A DNA stretch of 64,000 nucleotides from NCBI GenBank assembly GCA_017403085.1, contig JAFQOQ010000021.1, forward strand, positions 4,193 to 68,192, in the 5' to 3' direction. The translations under genes were made by a program, and so were the position numbers. Source of the DNA: Alphaproteobacteria bacterium. GTDB lineage: Bacteria > Pseudomonadota > Alphaproteobacteria > Rs-D84. The notes under the pieces were generated by a model. That model did no database searches. It was not told the DNA's origin and saw nothing but the letters and a program-made list of their open reading frames with translations. Below are positions 28,099 through 37,407 of the stretch, in pieces (positions within the stretch are counted from its first letter, which is position 1; every line of letters begins with the position of its first letter).

Positions 28099-28313
28099 AA
28101 CATATATCCTTATGCTTTTTTATTATTTAACTTTTTGATTTTTTAATTATAAGTAGATACGCGTTTTACCGCAAACAGAAATTACACCCCCAACGGGGTT
28201 GTAGTAGTTGTTGTAAAGAAAATATTCAATAACTTCATATCCATCATAATAAACCTATTTCTTGACAAAATCAAGATGATTTATATTTACCCCATCTACT
28301 ACAACAAAGCCGA

Positions 28314-28664
28314 TTATCGACTTTTATATTTTTTACATGTCGTACATAATTCCAACGCACGATTAAACTGCGCTTGTGTCACTTCTGGCGCCATTGTAAT
28401 ATACTTTCCATGTCCCACACTTAATTCGCGCCACATATGACTTGGAATTTCAAACATCTCGACATTTCCTATATTCATTACTAATTTTATATTCAATGTC
28501 CTATTATTAAACTTTGTCTCAACCGGTCCGCATTTAACACCCATATCAATTTCGCAGTTTTCATCACACCCATCACACGATACTTTCTTTGACAAATCCA
28601 CCAATCTTACATTATTCACCTTAACAAACGGAATTTTCTTATCTGGATCTACTTCAAATGACAT
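28314..28664 (-). CDS. Hypothetical Cys-containing protein
   Basis: 116 aa. SD AAGGAG. CDGCDENCE...C and CTTCKK clusters. No family recognised. Confidence 0.5.
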   Translation of the reverse strand: MSFEVDPDKKIPFVKVNNVRLVDLSKKVSCDGCDENCEIDMGVKCGPVETKFNNRTLNIKLVMNIGNVEMFEIPSHMWRELSVGHGKYITMAPEVTQAQFNRALELCTTCKKYKSR

Positions 28665-28679
28665 AAAATACTCCTTAAT

Positions 28680-29417
28680 TTAAAAATCTAATATGGAACC
28701 AAACAGTACTGCAAAAAAGAAGCAAACACTGCCCCCAATTACAAACAAGTGCCACACCGCATGCGAAAATTTCATACGCCGCCACAGATAGAATATCACA
28801 CCAATTGTGTATGCCAAACCACCTGCCAAAATAAACCACAATCCGCGTTCTGGAATATTCCGAATCATCGCAGGCAATATAAACAACAACGTCCATCCCA
28901 TGGCGACATATAAACCAACCATCCATTTTGGTTGTTGTTTTGGATTACGGATTTTCATGTACGATCCAAACAACACAATCGCCCACAGAATACCAAACAC
29001 AGTCCAACCAACAATCCCGCGCAGATTCACCAACAAAAACGGCGTATAGGTCCCCGCAATCAACGCATAGATTGCAACACTATCCCACACTTCGAAAAAG
29101 CATTCTGATTTCTTGCCAATTGTTGCATGACACATTGTTGAACCAAAATACAACGTTATCATTGTGACCCCAAAAATCGCACACGACACAATCGCCCATG
29201 CGTCACCCTTAATCCCCGCAAAGACCACTAACAACGTTAATGCCGCAATCGCCAGGCCAATACCAATCCCATGGGTTAAGATATTAACAACCTCTTCTGC
29301 GTGCGTGCTGGGCTTTTCCCAACGGAACAATCCCGTTGCACGCAAAACCTTTAACAGGCGCAACCCATGTTCATCTTTTTTTACCGCACGCACCCGTGCC
29401 CGTTTTGTCTGTGTCAT
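28680..29417 (-). CDS. Hemolysin III family (PAQR) membrane protein
   Basis: 7 TM. N-terminal EEVVNILTHGIG and C-terminal HAVWHLFVIGGS. ATGA overlap with gltX. Confidence 0.85.
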   Translation of the reverse strand: MTQTKRARVRAVKKDEHGLRLLKVLRATGLFRWEKPSTHAEEVVNILTHGIGIGLAIAALTLLVVFAGIKGDAWAIVSCAIFGVTMITLYFGSTMCHATIGKKSECFFEVWDSVAIYALIAGTYTPFLLVNLRGIVGWTVFGILWAIVLFGSYMKIRNPKQQPKWMVGLYVAMGWTLLFILPAMIRNIPERGLWFILAGGLAYTIGVIFYLWRRMKFSHAVWHLFVIGGSVCFFFAVLFGSILDF

Positions 29418-30991
29418 TTTATCGCCTTTTGAATTCTGTCAATTACACGCGCACCACCCATAACCGACATAATGGAATACAGGTCTGGTGTATTTGTACG
29501 GCCCGACAATGCCACACGCAGATTCATCGCCACATCGCCATTTTTAATGCCCAATGATTCTGCAACGGCAACAATCTTCGCCCACCATGCATCTTTATCA
29601 TCTGCCGGATTATACGTTTCCAAAAATGCACGCAACGCATCACGATTAAATTCATATTCTGTATTTGCCACAAACAATTCATCCCAGAAAAATGCAACAT
29701 TTTCCAGTGTCTGTGACCAGGTGATAAAGTCCTTGCGCACACGCTTTGGATTATCGCGTTCAATTCCCAAAACACCTGTCAGATAATCCACATCTGCGAC
29801 CTGCATTTTGTTTGCGTCCGTACCATATTCATTGGCCCAGCGCACAACACGCGCAACCAATTCCGGCACCGGCAGACTGCCAATAAATTCCTTGGCCCAC
29901 CATTCCAACTTTTTCATATCAAACAACGACCCAGATACCGGCATTTTCTTTGGACGCATTTCGTAATCCCAGAACGATTTAACCTGGCCTTTTACTTTTG
30001 CTTCTTCATATCCTGGCGCCAAAATATTTCCCAGATATTCAATCACAGATTCAACTGGCCAACCCGCTTCCAAGAAAAATGCAACATTTGCCTCTGGGTC
30101 TTTACGCTTTGACAATTTTCTTTGCTTGCCTGTTTCTTCATCAATCTTATCCAATGTCGCAATATGAACATATGCAGGCAATTCCCAGCCCATCATACGA
30201 AACATCTGAACATGCATTGCAAACGTTCCAAAATAAGACTCATCACGAACAACATGTGTTGTGTGCATAAAGTGATCATCACACAAGTGTGCAAAATGAT
30301 ACGTTGGCAACCCATCCGTAGATTTAATTAAAACAGTATCTTCATTATGTTCTGGCACAGACAGCGACCCACGCACCGCATCTTTGCAGAAAATACGCTG
30401 TTCTGGATTACCCATTGAATACAAACGAATTGACGGCACCAACCCCTTATCCAGATATGCAATAATTTCTTCTTCGGTTAAATCACGATCACGTGCCCAT
30501 TCACCATAAATCCCCGTTGCAAAACCTGCCGCTTTTTGATTTTCACGAATTTCGTCCATTTCTTCCTGGGTTAAAAAGCACGGATATGCCAACCCACGTG
30601 CCAATAAATCTGCCGCCACAGAATGATAAATATCTTTACGTTCTGATTGATAATATGGTCCATACACCGGATCGTTTTCATACGTAATTCCAAATTCAGC
30701 CAACGAATTTATGATAATATCAACTGCATCTTTATTTTCACGCTTTGTATCTGTATTTTCAATACGTAACAAGAACACACCACCTGACTGTTGTGCCAAC
30801 TTATAACTAATCAGCGCACTATACAAATTACCCAAATGCATATAGCCTGTTGGACTGGGGGCGAATCGTGTCACTTTAACCCCTTCGCCCAGATTACGTA
30901 CTGGGAATTTTTCTTCCAACTCTGCAATAGTATATTTTGGTGCGCCGCCCAACACACGTGCAATTAAATCTTTTGATAAACCCGTTCTCAT
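29414..30991 (-). CDS. gltX: Glutamate--tRNA ligase
   Basis: TRFAPSPTGYMHLGN (HIGH motif), LSKRK (KMSKS motif). The ATG at 30991 forms an ATGA overlap with the upstream GNAT stop; the track ORF extends to 31012. Confidence 0.9.
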   Translation of the reverse strand: MRTGLSKDLIARVLGGAPKYTIAELEEKFPVRNLGEGVKVTRFAPSPTGYMHLGNLYSALISYKLAQQSGGVFLLRIENTDTKRENKDAVDIIINSLAEFGITYENDPVYGPYYQSERKDIYHSVAADLLARGLAYPCFLTQEEMDEIRENQKAAGFATGIYGEWARDRDLTEEEIIAYLDKGLVPSIRLYSMGNPEQRIFCKDAVRGSLSVPEHNEDTVLIKSTDGLPTYHFAHLCDDHFMHTTHVVRDESYFGTFAMHVQMFRMMGWELPAYVHIATLDKIDEETGKQRKLSKRKDPEANVAFFLEAGWPVESVIEYLGNILAPGYEEAKVKGQVKSFWDYEMRPKKMPVSGSLFDMKKLEWWAKEFIGSLPVPELVARVVRWANEYGTDANKMQVADVDYLTGVLGIERDNPKRVRKDFITWSQTLENVAFFWDELFVANTEYEFNRDALRAFLETYNPADDKDAWWAKIVAVAESLGIKNGDVAMNLRVALSGRTNTPDLYSIMSVMGGARVIDRIQKAIK

Positions 30992-31548
30992 CTTTGTTTT
31001 CCTTTTTCCCATTCTGATTTTAATTTTGAATATTCACAATTATCACGTATCGTCCCATCCGGCCATATAATATCTTGGCGACAAAACGCATCCAGCGTGT
31101 ATCCATTTTTTTCTGCGATTTTACGACTGGGCATATTTTTACCATCACACTCGATAATTAATTTTCGTAATTCAAATGTTTCAAACCCTAATCGCTCTAT
31201 CTCTGGTAATATAGATCTAACAACACCTTTGCCACGTGCTTCTTTTTTCAACCAATACCCAATTGTACCAACACCATGCCGCCAACCAATTCGTGAAAAG
31301 CCAATCTGCCCCAACAAGACGTCTTTATCATATGTATAATACATGCAATACTGTTTATCAGTATCATAACTAACCAAATCATTAAAAACATCATCTACCG
31401 ACTTTGGCAAACCACTTGGCATCCAGAAAAACAGATTTTCCGCATCAGATACGAACACATTATACAACTCACAGGCCAGCGACATAGACGCCGGCAACAG
31501 TTTTAAACGATATTTTCCAACAATTAACTCTTTTGGAAACTCTTTCAT
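30988..31548 (-). CDS. GNAT N-acetyltransferase (RimJ/RimL-like)
   Basis: 186 aa. IGYWLKKEARGKGVV...SRKIAEKNGYTLD is the Acetyltransf_3-type core. Confidence 0.8.
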   Translation of the reverse strand: MKEFPKELIVGKYRLKLLPASMSLACELYNVFVSDAENLFFWMPSGLPKSVDDVFNDLVSYDTDKQYCMYYTYDKDVLLGQIGFSRIGWRHGVGTIGYWLKKEARGKGVVRSILPEIERLGFETFELRKLIIECDGKNMPSRKIAEKNGYTLDAFCRQDIIWPDGTIRDNCEYSKLKSEWEKGKQR

Positions 31549-31596
31549 ATCTATATATTCCTTGTGTTTTTAATTACCCAATTCTATACTAAATAT

Positions 31597-32217
31597 ATGG
31601 AAAAACAAGAAATAAGAACATTTGGACGTCGCCATGGCAAAAAATTATCTGCCCGTCAAAACGGGCTGGTTGAAAACCTGTTGCCAACATTAAAACCGGC
31701 ATCGGGCGACATTTTGGAAATTGGATTTGGTGCGGGCGAACATGTGCGCGACCTGGCGCGCGCAAATCCGGAAAAAATCATTGTTGGCGCCGAACCATTT
31801 ATGAACGGCGTGGCAAGCCTGCTGTCTGCAATAACAGACGAAAAAACGAATCGGGTTATGGACGAATATAAAAACATTCGCATCTGGGCAGATGACGTCC
31901 GTGATTTCCTGCGCACAACCGATTCGAAATTTGAACAAATTTGGGTTCTGCACCCCGACCCCTGGCCCAAGGCCAGACATGAAAAACGCCGATTATTATC
32001 CGCAGATTTTTTAAATTTATTGTCTAAATATTTAACCAACAATGGTGAAATTATAATCGGCACAGACCACTGGGAATATTTTGATTGGATACTGGAACAG
32101 ATTAAATCAACAAATCTGACGGCAACAATTCCAAACATGGAAATAATACAAACCCGGTATCAGCATAAAAACAAAGCCGGCACCACCGCACCGAAATATT
32201 TAATTCTAACAAATTAA
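31597..32217 (+). CDS. trmB: tRNA (guanine-N7)-methyltransferase TrmB
   Basis: EIGFGAGEH SAM-binding motif and HPDPWPKARHEKRRL. The ATG at 31597 is preferred over the GTG at 31564. Confidence 0.85.
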   Translation: MEKQEIRTFGRRHGKKLSARQNGLVENLLPTLKPASGDILEIGFGAGEHVRDLARANPEKIIVGAEPFMNGVASLLSAITDEKTNRVMDEYKNIRIWADDVRDFLRTTDSKFEQIWVLHPDPWPKARHEKRRLLSADFLNLLSKYLTNNGEIIIGTDHWEYFDWILEQIKSTNLTATIPNMEIIQTRYQHKNKAGTTAPKYLILTN

Positions 32218-32888
32218 CTATTTACGAAAAATTTTAATCCACCCAACAATTCTGGTTTAATCATTTCAACCAAACGTTTTGCCTGCTCTATACGCATGAA
32301 ATTGGGGCCAAACGCGAAATGTAGGTCAAATTTATTGGCCGTCCCCCACGCATTCAGCATACCATAAATCCGCCCAACAAAATCCGATTTATCACCCATA
32401 TCATTTGTAAACACAAACAATACTGACGATGCATTTATTTTTTGCAAATTTTGGAACAAATCGTCCCATGCATCAACATCAATATCACCAATATCTAAAC
32501 CAATTGATAAATCTTTGTTAAAGAACAAGTCATCACGAATAATATGTGTTTGCTTTACTAAATCCGGCAACATTTCCGGACGCAAAAACACTTGGGCCCC
32601 ATGTGCGCCCCGCTTAAAAACCATATTTATACGCACGGTTAAATCAGACACCTGCTTTTCTAGAATCCTTTTACCCTCGGCATAGAAACGCGCCATAATC
32701 TTAACCGGCATTCGTTCCATCCAAGGCCACAAAACATCAATCGCATCTGGCGCAACCGACACCATATCAACACCATTTTGCACAACAAATTCAGTACAGC
32801 GCGCCAAATCACCGGCATCTGTATCCGCCCTGCACCACAGCGCGCCCATATCACCCAATTCTTGAAAAACTGTATCTATATTCATCAT
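32214..32888 (-). CDS. Hypothetical protein (possibly a TIM-barrel/aldolase-like fold, very tentative)
   Basis: 224 aa from the ATG at 32888; the track start at 32921 is a TTG. No clear motif. Confidence 0.45.
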   Translation of the reverse strand: MMNIDTVFQELGDMGALWCRADTDAGDLARCTEFVVQNGVDMVSVAPDAIDVLWPWMERMPVKIMARFYAEGKRILEKQVSDLTVRINMVFKRGAHGAQVFLRPEMLPDLVKQTHIIRDDLFFNKDLSIGLDIGDIDVDAWDDLFQNLQKINASSVLFVFTNDMGDKSDFVGRIYGMLNAWGTANKFDLHFAFGPNFMRIEQAKRLVEMIKPELLGGLKFFVNS

Positions 32889-32931
32889 AATACTTTTTAC
32901 TTTATCATAAATATGATACAATAAAAACTAA

Positions 32932-33822
32932 ATGAGAAACAAAATCGATAATATTTTACTTGGCACGTTATGGGTACTGGCATGTACGCTGGGGGGATCT
33001 TTCTGGTTCAACATAAAATATGGCTTTAACATATTTTCGAAATCTCACTGGCATCATCTGGCATATATGCAGGCCTCGCAAATGCCAGTAAAAACATCAT
33101 TTTATATATCAATGGTAATTGCTGTATTCCTTGCAATTTTTGGCATGTATTTACTATTCCGCCCAAAATTCAGACGCATAAAAATACACGTTCAAATGCC
33201 ATCAAAACAACCAACCGTTCCGGCGACCCAGAACACACCACAACCCGTCACGCCACCAACACCGCAAAACACGGCCCCATCACCCCAGCAGCCAATCACG
33301 CCCAATATTCCATTATCCCGTCCGGCCCGCCTAAACATAAACACACCTGCAACATTTATGCCACCCACCCAATCCGCGACACCTGCGACACAACCACCCA
33401 AGGCCTCGGATTCAGACTGGCCCGAATTACGTAAAATTTTCGAATCCGTTGGATATACAGTAAAAAAGAATCCACGAATCGGAAAATTACAAACCGCACT
33501 GTTTGCCATTGGCACGGACGAGGTTTTATATCTTGGCGCAATGGGCGCATCCGTATCTGACATGCAGGCCGCAATCAACAAATTGCAACAAATTTTCGCA
33601 GATACACTCGAAGATATATACATCGACACCATCGGCTTTATAATTGGCGCCCCAGATACCCCAGACGCAAATTCGCCAATACTGACATTTTCATCCGTAT
33701 CCGAATTACGCACATACATGCAATCGCATCCAAACAAGCAGCCGTCTGATGACGAGGCTGCTAACTTTGATGCATATTCTGGATACATATCAACCGTAAT
33801 TGATTACATAGGTAAAATTTAA
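32932..33822 (+). CDS. Membrane-anchored protein: 2 TM, a Pro/Thr/Gln-rich linker and an unknown ~130-aa C-terminal domain
   Basis: 296 aa. Hydrophobic segments at residues ~8-27 and ~55-75. Linker PSKQPTVPATQNTPQPVTPPTPQNTAPSPQQPITPN. First gene of a 4-gene operon. Confidence 0.6.
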   Translation: MRNKIDNILLGTLWVLACTLGGSFWFNIKYGFNIFSKSHWHHLAYMQASQMPVKTSFYISMVIAVFLAIFGMYLLFRPKFRRIKIHVQMPSKQPTVPATQNTPQPVTPPTPQNTAPSPQQPITPNIPLSRPARLNINTPATFMPPTQSATPATQPPKASDSDWPELRKIFESVGYTVKKNPRIGKLQTALFAIGTDEVLYLGAMGASVSDMQAAINKLQQIFADTLEDIYIDTIGFIIGAPDTPDANSPILTFSSVSELRTYMQSHPNKQPSDDEAANFDAYSGYISTVIDYIGKI

Positions 33823-34322
33823 TGCAGTTATCTAAAAGTGCCGCAGAAAAAATTATAACTGACCTTGGCATGAAAGATATGCCATTGATAGAATTTCACC
33901 CCACCCCAACCAAGGTGGCATCTGACTGGTACGCCCGCTATCGCCACGCAGTAAAACAATTCGCATCATCGCTAACCGATTCGGTCGAAACATTAGCACT
34001 AATGAATTTTTCCCAAGACGAATTCATGAATTTAATCATGGGGCGCGGTCTGCCACAAAATTTATCAATACGTCTGCGCGTTCCACTAACATGGGGTGGC
34101 GAAATAAGTCCTGAAAACATGTTCGCATGTTGGACATTTCCATTTTCTCATAACCTGGATCGTTTTTTAATCAACCAAAGCGGCAGTGATACAATCTGGC
34201 TGCCAAACCCGGAACAAAAGATATACAATCCTATTCACCTGATTGGCGGTGGCGAAGGCGGCAATGCAACCGACGACCGACTAACACAAATCGCGGCGCA
34301 ACTGGCGGCACGCGACATATAA
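33822..34322 (+). CDS. Hypothetical protein with a degenerate HNH/beta-beta-alpha-Me-like segment
   Basis: 166 aa. TAATG overlap with the upstream gene. RLRVPLTWGGEISPENMFACWTFPFSHNLDRF resembles the colicin-DNase HNH core, but 3 of the 4 His positions are substituted. Confidence 0.5.
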   Translation: MQLSKSAAEKIITDLGMKDMPLIEFHPTPTKVASDWYARYRHAVKQFASSLTDSVETLALMNFSQDEFMNLIMGRGLPQNLSIRLRVPLTWGGEISPENMFACWTFPFSHNLDRFLINQSGSDTIWLPNPEQKIYNPIHLIGGGEGGNATDDRLTQIAAQLAARDI

Positions 34323-34337
34323 ACATGGGTATTGACA

Positions 34338-34760
34338 ATGACATGTTCTGAATTTTTATCATCAATAAAATCGCGTGGCGCAAATATTGCACCCATGGCC
34401 GCACCAAATAAAATTTCCATGGCAAACGCCCTGTTGCAACAAAACAACTGCGCCATGTTGCCAGAATTTATGCAACAACTATATTCACAAACCGGCGGCA
34501 TCAATCTGGGCAGCGGCTATATTTTTGGTCCAGATGACACATCATATTCATCACGATATTCTGCCCCCAGCATAGCAAAAATAAATCAAGACACACCAAT
34601 TCATGGAAAAACCATATTTGGTCGCAATGACTTGTTCTGGTTTGCATTTGACATATTTGGCACATGCTATATGCTAGATAACCTGACATTAAAACCACTT
34701 CGTAAATACGACGATCCATTCAAGGCATTGACCGATTGTTTGATTGCTGGTATGATATAA
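34338..34760 (+). CDS. SUKH-1 (SMI1/KNR4)-like protein; possible immunity protein
   Basis: 140 aa from the ATG at 34338; the TTG at 34332 is also possible. LPEFMQQLYSQTGG and NDLFWFAFDIFGTCYMLD match the two SMI1/KNR4 hallmark blocks by eye. Confidence 0.5.
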   Translation: MTCSEFLSSIKSRGANIAPMAAPNKISMANALLQQNNCAMLPEFMQQLYSQTGGINLGSGYIFGPDDTSYSSRYSAPSIAKINQDTPIHGKTIFGRNDLFWFAFDIFGTCYMLDNLTLKPLRKYDDPFKALTDCLIAGMI

Positions 34761-34763
34761 ATC

Positions 34764-34979
34764 ATGAAAAAAATTTCTGTATCTTTATCTGGCCACCAAA
34801 CCAGCATTACACTTGAACCCGAATTTATCGACGCATTACACGCATTGGCACAACGCGCCGGCAAACCTGTTGCAACAATAATCAATGAAATTGACGCAAC
34901 ACGTTCCCCCGACACAAATTTATCTTCTGCGGTTCGTGTTTGGGTTTTAAATCAAATGATTTTACGTATTAACGCCTAA
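34764..34979 (+). CDS. Ribbon-helix-helix domain protein (RHH_4-like)
   Basis: 71 aa. SVSLSGHQTSITLEPEFIDAL..LA...G.....IINEID..R...NLSSAVRVWVL fits the RHH_4 consensus as I recall it. Confidence 0.65.
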   Translation: MKKISVSLSGHQTSITLEPEFIDALHALAQRAGKPVATIINEIDATRSPDTNLSSAVRVWVLNQMILRINA

Positions 34980-36973
34980 TCTCTATTTCTAAAAAGATTT
35001 AATCCTACTATCGCAAACAGCAATATTATCGCCATCCACCAATTCATACCTATCTGTTGATACGGCGTGGCATGCGCCCCCCACACAAAACCATCCAGCG
35101 CGCCCGACACACCTATTGGCAACCAAGACACAACCGTTCCATCCGCCGCAACAAATGCACTAATTCCCGAATAATTCGCACGCACAATAGGCAACCCAGA
35201 TTCAATTGCATACCGGCGCACCATATCCAAATGTTGATACGTCCCAGGCGTTTTACCAAACCAGTTATCATTTGTAATATTTATAATTGCGTTTGGACGT
35301 TGTTGCGTTTCCGGCAACAGCGAATCTGAAAAAATAATTTCATAACAAATCGCAGGCGCAAACACAAAACCATCAACACTTAATAATTCTGGGCCATTTC
35401 CCCGCGTTAAATTCACAGGACTTGGCAAAAATCCCAGTGGTTTATATTCACCAAACGGCACCAAATGTGACTTGCTATACACCTTGTTAATCTGGCCATT
35501 TTTATCTGCCACAACTAATGAATTATATAATCCTTGGCCGTCAAATGTCGTTGCACCAATAACAATATTCGCATTTAATGCCCTTGCCAATGGCATCTCG
35601 TCATCAGGCGTCAAAACAAATGGATACGCAGTTTCTGGGAAAATAATTAAATCTGGGGCACCATCCACTGTCGCCAAAGATACCAATGTTCTTAAATTTA
35701 ATTCTGCATTTTGCATCGCAGCATTTCTATCATGGGTCGCCTTTTGTGTCTGACTGACTGCCGGCTGTACCACACGTATCATTATATTTGATACATCTGC
35801 CCCCACATCTGACACCTGCATATTTTTATACCCAACAACACTACCAATAATTAACAGCCCTGCAAACAATCCGCATCCCAACCAAGATTTACGACATTTT
35901 GGGCACAACATCAGATTAACCGTCATCGCAATCGCACCAATCACAACAAATGTCAAACCCAACGCCCCCCACAATGACATAGAATTTGCCAACACCGGCA
36001 TTTGCATTGTAATATTTGCAATTGGATTCCATGGGAAACCTGTAAATAACCACTCACGCAACCACAATACCAGCGTCCAAATTGTTGCGAATAAAATCGC
36101 CCTATACGCATGATTTTGGGGCGTACGCGAAATTACAACAAACGGAATCGAAAAAATCAATCCACCTGCCAACCCCAAACCAATTATCCCGGGCAGCGTC
36201 CAAATTGCAAATTGCGACATCAATTCTGGCACCACATAAATTGAGTGTAAAACCCACCAAAACATAGACACACCATACATTGCCCCAAATGGCATAACGC
36301 GCAAGAAAGTTTTCCAAACACCACCGTTATTTTGATTACGCACCGTCAGCCAATACGCACCACCAACCCCAACCACAGTTGCCCACCAACAATAAAATGG
36401 CGCGAAACCAAAACTCGCTAAGCCGCCAAACAGTGCGTATAGCGCATATTGCCAAAATGAATTATCGCGTATTTTTATCCGATGCAAAAATGCAAAAATC
36501 TTATTTCCCGGACAACAGCTACCATCCGCACACACAAAATCATTCTCATCAGCATACGGATTTTTTATGCCAATTTTTTTCAAGGCTTGTCCTTCCTTCA
36601 TTTCCATAATTGCCGCTTCATCATCTGTAATATGGTCATATCCCAACAGATGGAACATACCATGAACAACCATATGCGCGACATGCTCTTTAAACGGAAT
36701 CTTGGCTTGTTTTGCCTCTCTCATAACTGTATCAAACGATATATAAATATCCCCCAACAAAATATCGTCACCCAATTCAAAAGACAAAACATTTGTGGGT
36801 TTATCTACATTTCTATACTTCTTATTAATATCATGAATTTCATCATCATTCGTTAATACAATCGAAACCTCTGAATCGCTGCATACGCCAGAATCCGCCG
36901 TACAGACGATTTTTTCAAAATCTATTTTATACTTATTCCACCGCTTATCATGAACATCAATATACACTTTCAT
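34976..36973 (-). CDS. ybeY-lnt: In-frame fusion of endoribonuclease YbeY (N-terminal ~150 aa) and apolipoprotein N-acyltransferase Lnt (C-terminal ~500 aa)
   Basis: A single 665-aa ORF. YbeY motif HGMFHLLGYDH. Then the Lnt membrane domain and CN-hydrolase triad contexts (IIFPETAYPF, YSKSHLVPFGEY, APAICYEIIF). Confidence 0.85.
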   Translation of the reverse strand: MKVYIDVHDKRWNKYKIDFEKIVCTADSGVCSDSEVSIVLTNDDEIHDINKKYRNVDKPTNVLSFELGDDILLGDIYISFDTVMREAKQAKIPFKEHVAHMVVHGMFHLLGYDHITDDEAAIMEMKEGQALKKIGIKNPYADENDFVCADGSCCPGNKIFAFLHRIKIRDNSFWQYALYALFGGLASFGFAPFYCWWATVVGVGGAYWLTVRNQNNGGVWKTFLRVMPFGAMYGVSMFWWVLHSIYVVPELMSQFAIWTLPGIIGLGLAGGLIFSIPFVVISRTPQNHAYRAILFATIWTLVLWLREWLFTGFPWNPIANITMQMPVLANSMSLWGALGLTFVVIGAIAMTVNLMLCPKCRKSWLGCGLFAGLLIIGSVVGYKNMQVSDVGADVSNIMIRVVQPAVSQTQKATHDRNAAMQNAELNLRTLVSLATVDGAPDLIIFPETAYPFVLTPDDEMPLARALNANIVIGATTFDGQGLYNSLVVADKNGQINKVYSKSHLVPFGEYKPLGFLPSPVNLTRGNGPELLSVDGFVFAPAICYEIIFSDSLLPETQQRPNAIINITNDNWFGKTPGTYQHLDMVRRYAIESGLPIVRANYSGISAFVAADGTVVSWLPIGVSGALDGFVWGAHATPYQQIGMNWWMAIILLFAIVGLNLFRNRD

Positions 36974-36980
36974 ATTTTAT

Positions 36981-37337
36981 TCACCTTTTTCCCAGTCCTG
37001 TTTTTTTAGCAATCTTTGAACGTTTGCGAGAATACGCGGGCGCAACAAATGGATAATCATCTGGCAATCCCCATTTTTCACGATATTGTTGTGGGGTTAA
37101 ATTAAATCTACGTTTTATATATCGACGCAACATCACATGCCACGTACCATCTTCCAGGCATTGAATTTTATCTGGCTGAACAGAATCTTCAATCTGCTGT
37201 GGTGTGACGGATGTGCCACGCAAAATTTTACGTGCATTTTGAACCGCCTGTTCCATACTCAGTTTTGGATTTGCTGCAATCGCCGCCGCAGCCAAATTCG
37301 CGACCGCCAATGTAAATTCAGAATTTTTATTTACCAA
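36981..37337 (-). CDS. mucR: MucR/Ros family transcriptional regulator (zinc ligands mostly substituted)
   Basis: LTPQQYREKWGLPDDYPFVAPAYSRKRSKIAKKTGLG is the Ros/MucR C-terminal signature. CLED replaces CLEC. The start is a TTG. Confidence 0.82.
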   Translation of the reverse strand: MVNKNSEFTLAVANLAAAAIAANPKLSMEQAVQNARKILRGTSVTPQQIEDSVQPDKIQCLEDGTWHVMLRRYIKRRFNLTPQQYREKWGLPDDYPFVAPAYSRKRSKIAKKTGLGKR

Positions 37338-37407
37338 CTTGCCAATCCTTTGTTATTTTAATACAATGATTATATCACAAATAAAACCTGAATAAAAGCC
37401 AAGTAAA

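Noticed and set aside
28185-28310. A 10-bp inverted repeat GTTGTAGTAG / CTACTACAAC ~90 bp apart, plus small palindromes upstream of thrS; considered as a thrS operator or T-box-like leader.
   Set aside because: The distal arm lies upstream of the best promoter candidate, so it would not be in the transcript. There is no specifier or T-box motif and no tRNA-Thr anticodon-arm mimic.
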